A stretch of 64,000 nucleotides of DNA from Eledone cirrhosa (lineage: Eukaryota), in assembly GCA_964016885.1 (NCBI GenBank), contig OZ024749.1, positions 28,520,001-28,584,000 of the forward strand, given 5' to 3'. Numbering within the stretch: the stretch's first letter is position 1; each line of letters starts with the position of its first letter. The notes beneath the pieces were generated by a model. That model saw only the letters and a program-made list of their open reading frames with translations, had not been told where the DNA came from and did no database searches. Below are positions 51,976-64,000 of the stretch, in pieces. The translations under genes and the position numbers were made by a program.

Positions 51976-52168
51976 GGCGGTGGATTGGCAGTATCGGTAG
52001 AGGGTCGGACGCCATACTTTGACGTATAGAGTTACGGTCCTTGCCATTCTGAGTTCAAATTCCGCCGAGGTTAACTTTACCTTTCATCCTTACGGGGTCG
52101 ATAAAATAAAGTACCAGTAATGCACTGGGTATTTGCTGGCCTTGTGCCAAACGTAGAAACAATTATTA
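51976..52168 (+). mobile_element. tRNA-derived SINE family 1 with TSD
   Basis: attattatacacttc flanks both ends. Confidence 0.88.
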
Positions 52169-52373
52169 TACACTTCCGTAGTATGAAGATACCCACGTGG
52201 CTGAAACCAGTACGATTCCTTTTGTGTAAATAAATTCCTTTTTTGTAAATATATGTTTTGCTGTTATTCTATGAAAAAATCTCATTAGCATTTTCTACTG
52301 TTTTTTTTCTTTTTTACTATTTTATATATATGTACACACACACGCACACATATACACACACACGCACACATAT

Positions 52374-52445
<72 letters not shown>

Positions 52446-52800
52446 GGAAACAAATAATCAGTATTGCACCATATACATATTTAATTGCATATTGCGTATG
52501 TTTTACTGCCGAACAGCTCGAGGAACTATCGAATTATATTCGTTCCTGACTCTGGAATGGGAAGCCCCTTAGATATGTGTTCTCACATGAAGACTCACGT
52601 CCAAATCTTGCCGAACTGTTAAACACACACACATATATATAGTAGTAAAAAAACGGAAGGTTATATCCGAAGTTGGTTGAGCACTCAGTCCAAAGGACGA
52701 GTTCGGTATAGAATTATAGTTCCACAACAAATTAGCAAACCATATTCGAAGACAAGTGTTCTCGAATATGGTTTGCTAATTTGTTGGGGATCTAACCACG

Positions 52801-52849
<49 letters not shown>

Positions 52850-53429
52850 TCAGATTTCGTCAGTTTGTTTCTATAATAGGCCGTATTCTTCTAGCAATGT
52901 ATACACATAAATAAACACATTTCCTTACTCAAATTAAACATTTATCGTACACAAAATAAACATATTATAATCACATTTCGTTCTTTCTATGAAAAAAATT
53001 ATGTTTGTTTTATTGTTTACGATTCGATTACTGATTTATGATTCGATTTTTCTTTTCCTTTTTACACTGTCTGGACATTTCATGCTCATTTTAATATGGG
53101 ATACGTAAGTAGAACTATACCACTACCAAGATTTAGCGAATGCAGTAGATACCTGTCATATCTATGTGTTAATAACAACATACTCATATATAATAAACAT
53201 TTATATTTACGTAGTAGATTATATCGTCTGCATAAGTCAACTAGAGTAACCGTCCCTGACCGTCTCAACACTTCATTCTTATTCGTAAATTATTCTTTCC
53301 GTAAATTTTTTATTTGAAGTCTAAAAATATTTTTAATTATATCCCCCAAATTTTTTTTTATCATATTATCTTCCTTTTGTTTTTCTTTATATTTTAAATA
53401 AATTAGTAACATCTTCTGAATACTATAGA

Positions 53430-53512
53430 GGGCGTGGCAAGATAACTTCCGTTTCCTATACAACATAACATCCGCCTTGTGTCTAAACCCGGGTTTGAAA
53501 GTTGTCAAAACT
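53430..53512 (+). promoter_or_regulatory. Candidate promoter or non-coding first exon of the SAM gene
   Basis: Locally GC-richer patch with ETS-like ACTTCCG, followed by a consensus donor gtaagt at 53513. Confidence 0.35.
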
Positions 53513-53904
53513 GTAAGTATTTCGTTATCATTAAATACTTTCTAGGTGTTATTTATTCCAAGAAATGTGTACCTTCAGCCTCAAATAGTTTATTTTCACA
53601 GTTAAACATCATTAAAGAAGAATTATGATAGAAATAAAATACAGTTTCGCCTATATCCACGAGCTTCTCTCTCTCGAAATATATATCGAACCCGTGACCT
53701 TACCATCATCAGATTAACTCCTTAACCACAAGAAAGGTTATATATATATGTGGGTGTGTGGTATACGTGTGTATGTCTATATATTTATATTACTCTTTTA
53801 CCTGTTTCCAACCATCCGTCTGTGTGTAGATATATGATGTGTGTATGTACTAGTTAGACCATTATTCAACAGAGTACTCGTTACTTGGGATAGCAGAGCG
53901 TGAC

Positions 53905-54024
53905 TATATTAGAAAGGGTCGGGGCCCGACGGCTGAGCTCTTTCCGTTTCAACAGCTAGTTCCAGCCAACTAGCTGTTGAAACGGCAAGAGCTCAGTCAT
54001 CGGGCCCCGATTCTTTCTAATATA
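53905..54024. repeat. Fold-back inverted repeat (about 57-bp arms, 6-nt loop); related sequence at about 34040-34145
   Basis: tatattagaaag..gagctct.tccgtttcaacagctagtt / aactagctgttgaaacggcaagagctc..ctttctaatata. Confidence 0.8.
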
Positions 54025-54028
54025 TATA

Positions 54029-54221
54029 TAATTGTTTCTACTTTTGGCACAAGGCCAGCAATTATTCCAGTGCGTTACTGGTACTTTATTTTATCGACCC
54101 CATAAGAATGAAAGGCAAAGTTAACCTCGGCGGGATTTGAACTCAGATCATAAAGGGCCGTAACTCTTTGCTGTAAAGCATGGCGTCCGACTCTCTACCG
54201 ATACTGCCAATCCACCGCCCC
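54029..54221 (-). mobile_element. tRNA-derived SINE family 1
   Basis: Reverse complement of the consensus seen at 46829. Confidence 0.85.
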
Positions 54222-55661
54222 ACATATTATATATATATATAATGTGTGTATTTATATCCTGTAAGTGGTCTGTGTCAATCAGTGTGTTTATTGTTCTATA
54301 TATTAATAGTACTTTATTATGTTGTATGTGTGACTATGTTAGTGGTTCTATATATATGTTAGTGTCTGTGTGTGTTGGTATGTTAGTCTGTGTCGCTATC
54401 TTAGAAGTATGCATATCTTACTGTCTGTCTGTCTATCTCTATCTACCTGCCTGTCTGCCTATATATATATATTTGTCTCTCTCTGTCAGTCGTCTCTCTA
54501 TCTATCTACACCTCTAGCTATCAACCTGTCTATCTGTGTATTCAATTTACCTCCACCTCTCCATTTGCTTGTCGTTGTTTAACCCCAGGTCAACATTGAT
54601 TAAGTAATCCTGTGATCACCAAAAATATTCTCTCCATAATCATCCTGTCTTGTTTATGTATATCTAGTACTTAACTGAATCTGCTGACTTCCTAGTCAGG
54701 CATGGAAACCACAGATTCATTCCATTTTTGCATGATTTCTGCGGCTGGATACCCTTTCTAATGCCCACCACTTTACAGAGTGCACTTGGTGTATTTTATT
54801 GGGACAACAGCACTAGAAATATTGGCATGTCCTTCTTACAACTGAAGGGTCCTCTCTACTCATTCATTTCACCTGACTTCTATGGCTGGATATCCTTCGT
54901 AATGTCAATTACATTACTGAGTGTACTGGGTGTATTTTATCATGACAACAACACTATAAAGATCTCCATGTCCTTGATGCATCAGTTAGCTGAATTTAAA
55001 TCAAGCTCTGAACAGCATTTTTCTCATTTTTTCCTCAATAAATAATCATTTCTAATCTAAGCAAAAAGCCAACAATTTGTAAGGAGTAGAAAGTAAATTA
55101 CATCAACCCCAGTACATTACTGGTAGTTTATTTTAACAACCCTCAGGAGGATGAAAGGTAAAGTTGACCTGACCTCCGTGAGATTTGAACTCAGAAAGTA
55201 GAGGGCTGTAAATAAACGCCACAAATGAAACATTTTGTCTGATGCTTTAACCCAGAAGTTCTCATGGCCACATAATACCCTCATTGCCCCCCAACCCTAT
55301 TTCCAGAGAGACCTGCCTACACGCAAATTGTAAATAATATATAATACATTAAATCCTTAATTTATATATAATAAATAATATAATTTATACTATGTATAAA
55401 TAAATATATATTTTTTATTTTACTATATTTATATAAAATATGTATCATTTGATATTTAATATGTATTATATCATCTCTACTGCCCTCCTCTGCTCCCTTA
55501 GGGCTCAGCACCCACCTGGACCTTGTCAACTTCCCCCGGGGTGGGCTGATGGGGCAGTAGAATATAGAATATTTGTTTTTGTGTTCCATCCATCCATATA
55601 TACAATAGTTGAAGTACAAAATATTTCATGCAGCATCAATCTTTGTTGGTTTAGATGTGCC

Positions 55662-58600
55662 ATGGATAGGAGTGTTGGCAACCGACAAGGTGTTGGTGAT
55701 GATAGCAAGGATGAGAGTGAAGTTGACAAGACTAACATCAACCAACACAATAACAGCGACGACAAAGAAGTTGAATCTCTGCTAACTTCAGACGTATGTC
55801 TTCTCTTTTCATCTGCTTTTTATTCTTCAACAATCATTTGTCTCTTACACACACATACACACCTGTGTATATATACACACACACACTTGTATATATACAC
55901 ACACACACATATTTATGCACACATAAATACTAACTCATGTAAGCATGGAAAAATGGACGTTAAACGATGATGATACATACATACACACACACATATACAT
56001 ACCCATACATATACACACGCACATACACACACAGGCATATATACACACATGATTTTGAGGTCGGTGTTGAATAATATTTATTTCTTGCACACACACACAC
56101 ACTCGTACACATATATATATTTATACATACACACTCACATATACACTTACGCACATACACATATACACACGCCTTTGAGTTCATCTTCTTTATCAATCAT
56201 TTGTTTCTTATACAGACACATCATCATCATCATCATCGTTTAACATCCATTTTCCACGTTAGCATGGGTTGGATGGGCTGACCCTTTGGGAGAGAATCAG
56301 GTCAGAGGACCTTGTTTTACTCACCCAGGGCTGATTTTGGCTTGGTTTCTACAGCTGGATGCCCTTCCTAACGCCAACCACATTTACATGTATATATATA
56401 CATGTATACATATGGGAGAAGCAGTGAGAGGTAGAAGTATCAGTCCATATTTGGTACACAAGGGGTGGGAGGTAGTAGTACCAGTCCATATTTGGTACAC
56501 AAGGGGTGGGAGGTAGTAGTACCAGTCCATATTTGGTACACAAGGAGTGGGAGGTGGAAGTACCAGTCCATATTTGGTACACAAGGAGTGGGAGGTGGAA
56601 GTACCAGTCCATATTTGGTACACAAGGGGTGGGAGGTGGAAGTACCAGTCCATATTTGGTACACAAGGAGTGGGAGGTGGAAGTACCAGTCCATATTTGG
56701 TACACAAGGAGTGGGAGGTGGAAGTACCAGTCCATATTTGGTACACAAGGGGTGGGAGGTGGAAGTACCAGTCCATATTTGGTACACAAGGAGTGGGAGG
56801 TGGAAGTACCAGTCCATATTTGGTACACAGGAGGTGGGATGTAGAAGTATCAGTCCATATTTGGTAAACAAGGGGTGGGAGGTAGAAGTACCAGTCCATA
56901 TTTGGTACACAAGGAGTGGGAGGTAGTAGTACCAGTCCATATTTGGTACACAAGGAGTGGGAGGTAGTAGTACCAGTCCATATTTGGTACACAAGGGGTG
57001 GGAGGTAGTAGTACCAGTCCATATTTGGTACACAAGGAGTGGGAGGTAGTAGTACCAGTCCATATTTGGTACACAAGGAGTGGGAGGTAGTAGTACCAGT
57101 CCATATTTGGTACACAAGGAGTGGGAGGTAGTAGTACCAGTCCATATTTGGTACACAAGGAGTGGGAGGTAGTAGTACCAGTCCATATTTGGTACACAAG
57201 GAGTGGGAGGTAGTAGTACCAGTCCATATTTGGTACACAAGGAGTGGGAGGTAGTAGTACCAGTCCATATTTGGTACACAAGGAGTGGGAGGTAGTAGTA
57301 CCAGTCCATATTTGGTACACAAGGAGTGGGAGGTAGTAGTACCAGTCCATATTTGGTACACAAGGGGTGGGAGGTAGTAGTACCAGTCCATATTTGGTAC
57401 ACAAGGAGTGGGAGGTAGTAGTACCAGTCCATATTTGGTACACAAGGGGTGGGAGGTAGTAGTACCAGTCCATATTTGGTACACAAGGAGTGGGAGGTAG
57501 TAGTACCAGTCCATATTTGGTACACAAGGGGTGGGAGGTAGTAGTACCAGTCCATATTTGGTAAACAAGGGGTGGGAGGTAGAAGTACCAGTCCATATTT
57601 GGTACACAAGGGGTGGGAGGTAGTAGTACCAGTCCATATTTGGTACACAAAGAGTGGGAGGTAGTAGTACCAGTCCATATTTGGTACACAAGGAGTGGGA
57701 GGTAGTAGTACCAGTCCATATTTGGTACACAAAGAGTGGGAGGTAGTAGTACCAGTCCATATTTGGTACACAAAGAGTGGGAGGTAGTAGCACCAGTCCA
57801 TATTTGGTACACAAGGAGTGGGAGGTAGTAGTACCAGTCCATATTTGGTACACAAAGAGTGGGAGGTAGTAGTACCAGTCCATATTTGGTACACAAGGAG
57901 TGGGAGGTGGAAGTACCAGTCCATATTTGGTACACAGAGTGGGAGGTAGTAGTACCAGTCCATATTTGGTACACAAGGAGTGGGAGGTGGAAGTACCAGT
58001 CCATATTTGGTACACAAGGGGTGGGAGGTAGTAGCACCAGTCCATATTTGGTACACAAGGAGTGGGAGGTAGTAGTACCAGTCCATATTTGGTACACAAA
58101 GAGTGGGAGGTAGTAGTACCAGTCCATATTTGGTACACAAGGGGTGGGAGGTAGAAGTATCAGTCCATATTTGGTACACAGGAGGTGGGATGTAGAAGTA
58201 TCAGTCCATATTTGGTAAACAAGAGGTGGGAGGTGGAAGTACCAGTCCATATTTGGTACACAAGGGGTGGGAGGTAGAAGTATCAGTCCATATTTGGTAA
58301 ACAAGAGGTGGGAGGTAGAAGTATCAGTCCATATTTGGTACACAGGAGGTGGGATGTAGAAGTATCAGTCCATATTTGGTAAACAAGAGGTGGGAGGTAG
58401 AAGTATCAGTCCATATTTGGTACACAGGAGGTGAGATATAGAAGTATCAGTCCATATTTGGTAAACAAGAGGTGGGAGGTAGAAGTATCAGTCCATATTT
58501 GGTAAACAAGAGGTGGGATGTAGAAGTATCAGTCCATATTTAGTTCACAAGGTGTGAGTGTGAAACATAGTAATCTCCTTGGCATACAGAGAGATTTAAT

Positions 58601-61600
58601 GAGACTGATTCTCATCTCCACTGAGTTCATTATCTGTTCTCTAAACTGAAATATCTCCCATTATTTCTATGAAGGACAAGAACAAAGATAATGGCAATGT
58701 AAAGAAGAAGAGGAAACCTTTGTATTTCTGGTCCACAGCAGATGTTAACAAATGGCTACGGAAACGGTGTGGTTGCTACTGTGATATGTATGAAAATATG
58801 TTTTTGGACCATGAAGTAACAGGTATAACCCCACCTACTTTTGAAATAACTTGTATGACCCTGCCTCCCTTTGAAATAGCATATATGACTCTGCCCTCTT
58901 TGAAGTAACTTGTATGACTCCGCCCTCTTTTGAAGTAACTTGTATGACTCTGCCCTCTTTTGAAGTAACTTGTATGACTCCGCCCTCTTTAAAGTAACTT
59001 GTATGACTCTGCCCTCTTTTGAAGTAACTTGTATGACTCTGCCCTCTTTTGAAGTAACTTGTATGACTCCACCCTCTTTGAAGTAACTTGGATGACTCCG
59101 CCCTCTTTAAAGTAACTTGGATGACTCCGCCCTCTTTAAAGTAACTTGGATGACTCCGACCTCTTTAAAGTAACTTGTATGACTCCGCCCTCTTTAAAGT
59201 AACTTGTATGACTCCGCCCTCTTTTGAAGTAACTTGTATGACTCCGCCCTCTTTGAAGTAACTTGTATGACTCCGCCCTCTTTGAAGTAACTTGTATGAC
59301 TCCGCCCTCTTTGAAGTAACTAGTTTTTGTATTAGTATGACATCATAACTTCTGTCTCTGTAGTACTGTGACACTGCCGGACATCATAACTACTGTCACT
59401 ATAGTATTATGACACTGTCTGACATCATAACTAGTCTGTTCACATTAATGTGACTCCATTAAACTTTACAATGAATATTTGTCATAATTTTCTCAATTTT
59501 TAAAGAATTCTTCAATTTGATGATATGAAATTGTTTATTTTCTAGGTCGTACATTAATTCGAATGAATGACATCAAACTAGAGAGAATGGGCATTGAAGA
59601 CAGCAATCATAGGTGATAAATTAGTCCTTTATTATTATTATTTGCCTTTCATCCTTATGGGTCAATAAAATAAAGTGGGATAATTGCTGGCCTTGTGCCA
59701 AAAGTAGAAACAATTACATTGGGCAACAAAAAAGAATTTTGTCTGGTGCCTGGAATATTCCAACGAATTCTTAAGTGATTTTGCCTGCTAAATTCAAAAA
59801 CAACTTCAGTTTTTCTCTATCAGGTCTAGTTTTCTGAGAAAAAAAACATAGAATTAGAATAAGGTAACAAACATTGTGTACTGGACGTACACACTTACAT
59901 AGTGACTATAGGGATGTTCAATAAGTTAAAAACTAGATCTGATAGGTCAAAAAGAAGGTTATATAGGAATGATGTCTATTTCCTAAACACCAAAAACCTT
60001 GTAGACCAGTGTTATTATTATTATTAGTTGTTTGATATTCCCAGACATTGCTATCCAACCAATCTCACACGCTTCTCCTTTATTCCTAGTACTCTTGACT
60101 GGGCGATTTCACTTTGTCTCCCAGTTTGGCATCTCAACCTGACTCTTTGATACTTTTAGTAGAATGTATGGCAGAAGTCTAAAGTCTGTCTGGACACCAG
60201 ATGCTCATCCCAGTTTCTGTGATGTTAAGCAACAGTGTGTACAAGACAGAACACCAGTCCACCTCAGGGTTAACCCCCCATGCCTCCCAGCTACTGCTGC
60301 TACGACTATTTTCAGCTGAGTATACTGAAGCAACGTAAAATGATGATGATCTTGTCAGATGTCCAGTTCCACAATGCGTAGTCATCTATTCTGGTTAATT
60401 TCAGTTTGGAATTCCAATCCAGTTGTAGCATGCTTGGGTGATAGACAATATGCTATCCAGTTTAATTTCTCTCTTTGGCCCTTGCGTGGTAGACATAATA
60501 TTGTCTGGTTTAACTTCACTCCTTGGCCCTTGGGTGGCTTCAGCAGAGTCGACTCTGTTGCAAGTTTTTAGAACAGGTCTTTTGTTTGAGGATATCTTTC
60601 TCCCTCCCTCCTTCTTTCCTTCTCTCTCTCCAACCTTCCACCAGTCTTGAAGACTTTGAAAAACAGTCATGGCACTGCCATTCCTTCAATCAGTTAATCA
60701 TTTAAAAAAACATCAACAAAATGAAACAAAACAAAAATACCCCCCCCCCCCCCACACACACACACACATGCCAAAAAAAAATCCCAAAACTTGTTGCTGT
60801 CTCTCCTGGCTCATTAGAATCTGTTATTGCTTCTCTTGCAGACGAGAATTAATGCAACAGATCCTACAACAAAGATTGAAACATGAACGTGTTGAATTAA
60901 AGAATGCCAACATGCGTGGCAGTCTTATGTTACCATTTTATCAGAATGGAAGTAAGTAATTCTTTAAATTTTCTCCAGTTATTCTCATAATGGTTTCTAA
61001 TTTAGGCAAAACACCAACAATTTGGGTGAGGAGAAGGGCAAAGTCAATTAAATCAACCCAGTATTTGACTGGTACTTTATTTTATTGAAGCCCCCAAGAG
61101 AGTGAAAAGCTAAGTTGTCTTCTGTGGGATTTGAAAACAATAGTTTTAAAGCTCAATCTATTTCTGCAATCTGCAAATATTGGATTGGACAGAAAATTCC
61201 CACCGTTTTTTCAAAAGGAGGTATTTTGGTTGAAATTTCTGGAAATGTTGAAGGTTGATGGAATTCTTTGTATCAGAGCCAGAAGAATTCTACAGGGATG
61301 GAATCGCGTTCCTTCCTAAATGATGGCAGACGGTAATTGCAAATTATTTTGTCTTGTAAAAATTTTCCTGCTGTTAAAAAACCCAAAACTACATGTTTAC
61401 AAAGCCAACTGCTTAACCACTCGGCCTTGCTTGTGCCTATATAAGTAAATATATACCTCTATTAATCCTAACCCATCAGCCATAAGCTTTTTTCTCTTTC
61501 TCCTTGAGTCATTATCATTTTGACCACAGTCAAACATTCCTGATTACATCTCTCCACAATTCACACTTTTCCATTATTTTCTACTGATGTTTATATTATC

Positions 61601-62212
61601 TGAGAGTTGATCGATAAAGGTTTGAGTAGGTCTTCCTCTGCTGAATCTCCCATGAATAGTAGCTTGTGTATAACTTCCTGCTTACTTCCTCAGCAATGTC
61701 CTGCAAATCATAATCGTTTTGAGCAATTGTAGTTGTTATCTTGGGCAAATTTCCATACACACTTTCATTTGTAATAATACATTGACACCATTTATAATAC
61801 GTTGGTCCATTCACTAACATGCTTAGGGTTGTATAAAACTAATAAGTAAAATAAACCGTATATACTCGAATATAAACTGAGGAATATGTGACCAAAAACT
61901 TGATGGTAAATGTGGGGTCGGCTTATATTCGGGATCAATATTTTGACAATTTTCACCAGCTTCAAATTCTACGTAAATAAGTTTGGGATTTTTGTCCAAT
62001 TCTCAGACATAAAATAGTGGGGTTGGCTTATAATCAAGTATATATATATGATATATTTTAATAAATTTACTTTTTTTTTTGTCTTTTTATAGTTTTTTTT
62101 TTTTTTTTTTAATTTATTAATGTTTCATTTTCTTTTTTGTGTGTGTACAGGAGATGGTTTTGAAGACACCAAAGTGACTGGTCTACTGGAAGCACCGTTA
62201 CCTCCTTATTAA
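55662..62212 (+). CDS. ave: SAM-domain adaptor of the aveugle/SAMD10/SAMD12 family, about 172 aa, 5 coding exons (55662-55793, 58675-58822, 59546-59612, 60842-60951, 62151-62212)
   Basis: Phase-consistent GT-AG splicing gives KPLYFWSTADVNKWLRKRCGCYCDMYENMFLDHEVTGRTLIRMNDIKLERMGIEDSNHRRELMQQILQQRLKHE, recognised as similar to the Aveugle/SAMD12 SAM domain. First and last exons are less certain. Confidence 0.82.
56424..58550. repeat. 41-bp minisatellite, about 52 copies, in a SAM-gene intron
   Basis: Unit cagtccatatttggtacacaaggagtgggaggtagtagtac. Confidence 0.97.
58813..59322. repeat. 29-30 bp minisatellite, about 17 copies, beginning at the exon donor junction
   Basis: Unit gaagtaacttgtatgactccgccctcttt. 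Confidence 0.92.
61856..62046. mobile_element. Possible Tc1/mariner-pogo-type MITE
   Basis: Imperfect terminal inverted repeats ccgtatatactcgaatataa ... ttataatcaagtatata. Confidence 0.4.
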
Positions 62213-62779
62213 GGACTTGTTAAAAAAATACATTTTAGTTATTTGCTTAAATTAAGAATAATTATGGATTGTGAAGTTTCCTTTCTCACTTCTAACAGGT
62301 TCCATGAGAAACTCACACAACAAACGTTTTTTATTGTTTTTTTTTTTCCTCCAAATACTCTTTGTTAAATTCCGTTAAACTTCATAACAAAATCTCGTTA
62401 GATAAATCATTCACCTGAGTCTTCTTTACATTGATGTTATCAAAAACTTTAGTGGAAAATATCTTAATATATTTTAGAAATGTCTTTTTTTTTCTTTTTT
62501 TCAAAATGCTTCAATTAGAATAAATCTTGTTAATTGCTTTATTGATTGTGAAAATGCATGGCTTAGTGGTTAGAGAATTGTATTTGCAATCATGAGGTTG
62601 CGAGTTCAATTCCTGGACCGGGTGATGTGTTATGTCCTTGAGCAAGACACTTTATTTCACGTTGCTCTTTCTACCAGGAGTTGCGACTGGTAGATAGTAT
62701 CAGCAATGGAAACATTGTTTCCTTGGTTCGATTTGACGAGTTCCACCCCACTTGCTAAGCAAGTGTGGTCCGGTATCTT

Positions 62780-63190
62780 GTTGATCTTATCAATTGTTTA
62801 ATATCTGGAGATGTGTGTGGAAGATGTACCAATACATCTGTAGTTACATCTGGAAGGTATGGTGTGCCAAATATTTGTAGATATTTATAGAAGGTGTGGT
62901 GTAATAAATATCTAATGATACATCTGGAAGAAGTACCAAGACATCTAGAAGGGATACCAAATATCTGGATACGAAGACATCTAGAAGGTGTTGTTTTACC
63001 AAATATCTGGAGATACATCTGGAAGGTGTGGTGTACCAAATATCTGAAGATGCATCTGGAAGGTGTAGTGTACCAGATATCTGGCGATACCTCTGAAAGG
63101 TGTTGTTTTACCAGATATCTGTAGATACATCTGGAAGGTGTGGTATACCAAATATCTGGAGATACATCTGGATGGTGTATCAAATATCCT
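62780..63190. repeat. Degenerate ~37-bp minisatellite
   Basis: Unit tggtgtaccaaatatctggagatacatctggaaggtg. Confidence 0.8.
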
Positions 63191-64000
63191 TTTATATATG
63201 GTATCTTATAGTACAATATAGTTAGCTATTCTATAGGTGTACTAATATATAATATATAGTATCAGCAATGGAAAGATCAATGAAAACATTGTTTGATCCT
63301 TTCTTTCTTCTTACTTATGCATTTACTTCTCTTTACAATATACTTCAAAGAGAAAAAAAAAATATTTCAAATACTTTTCAACTCTTGTTAAATTTTTATC
63401 TTATTGATTTTTATATATATATATATATATATATATTAATGATAATAATAATTGTTATTATTCGATAAAATAAAGTACCAGTAATGTACTGGGTAATTAC
63501 TGGCCTTGTGCCAAAAGTAGAAACAATTATTATTATTATTATACTAAAATCTGTATTTAGCTGTCTATACAATTGCATGTGATACAATATGTAGTTAGTT
63601 GTCTGATATTATTTTATGTCCTAACTATTCTATACACTGGTTATATACAAATATAGGCATAAGTTTGAACAATATATACATATATATAATATAAAATATA
63701 ATATTACAGCTCACTCCTATGTAAGTTTAGCTGGCCTTTTACCAAGCAGCATCACATGGGCAGTTTCTCAGGTGTTTTTAATAATGACCCTAGTCTTATG
63801 AAAGGACTTTCCATAGGCCAGATGGCAGTCCATTGCATGTGTTAACTTCCAGCTTCAACTGCTACTGGTTTTTTGTTTTTTTTTTCATTTGAGTAGACTG
63901 GATCTACGTGAAATGAAGTATCTTGTTCAAGAGCACAACACACTGCCTGGTCCAGGAATGGAATGTATTCTATACATGATAGCTGGCTAACGCTCTTCCA

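Noticed and set aside
56349-58343. Long minus-strand ORFs of 497-584 aa
   Set aside because: A 41-bp minisatellite without stops on that strand; all three frames give the same permuted peptide.

Overview
AT-rich, microsatellite- and SINE-rich eukaryotic DNA; the repeat landscape suggests a mollusc, probably an octopus (inference). Bases 1-45271 (+) hold the 3' part of one very large multi-exon gene whose 5' end lies upstream of the window. It has 38 in-frame exons joined by phase-1 GT-AG introns and encodes about 4,485 aa with 68 copies of a small Cys-rich module, C-x18-C-x4-C-x-C-x3-G-x-W-x-C-x8-C, resembling the N-terminal half of VWC, FN1 or pacifastin domains. The gene has four zones: 15 near-identical tandem copies of an A/B exon pair with introns (about 1.38 kb unit, 2765-bp dimeric higher-order repeat), 3 older diverged A/B pairs, one 5502-bp exon with 31 mostly 8-Cys modules, and a terminal exon. 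The intron at 23972-29285 is a cluster of Penelope-like fragments with several hammerhead-ribozyme motifs, one near-canonical and on the sense strand. Downstream are transposon relics, minisatellites and a SAM-domain gene of the aveugle/SAMD10/SAMD12 family (5 coding exons, 55662-62212). All calls were made by eye, with no database searches.
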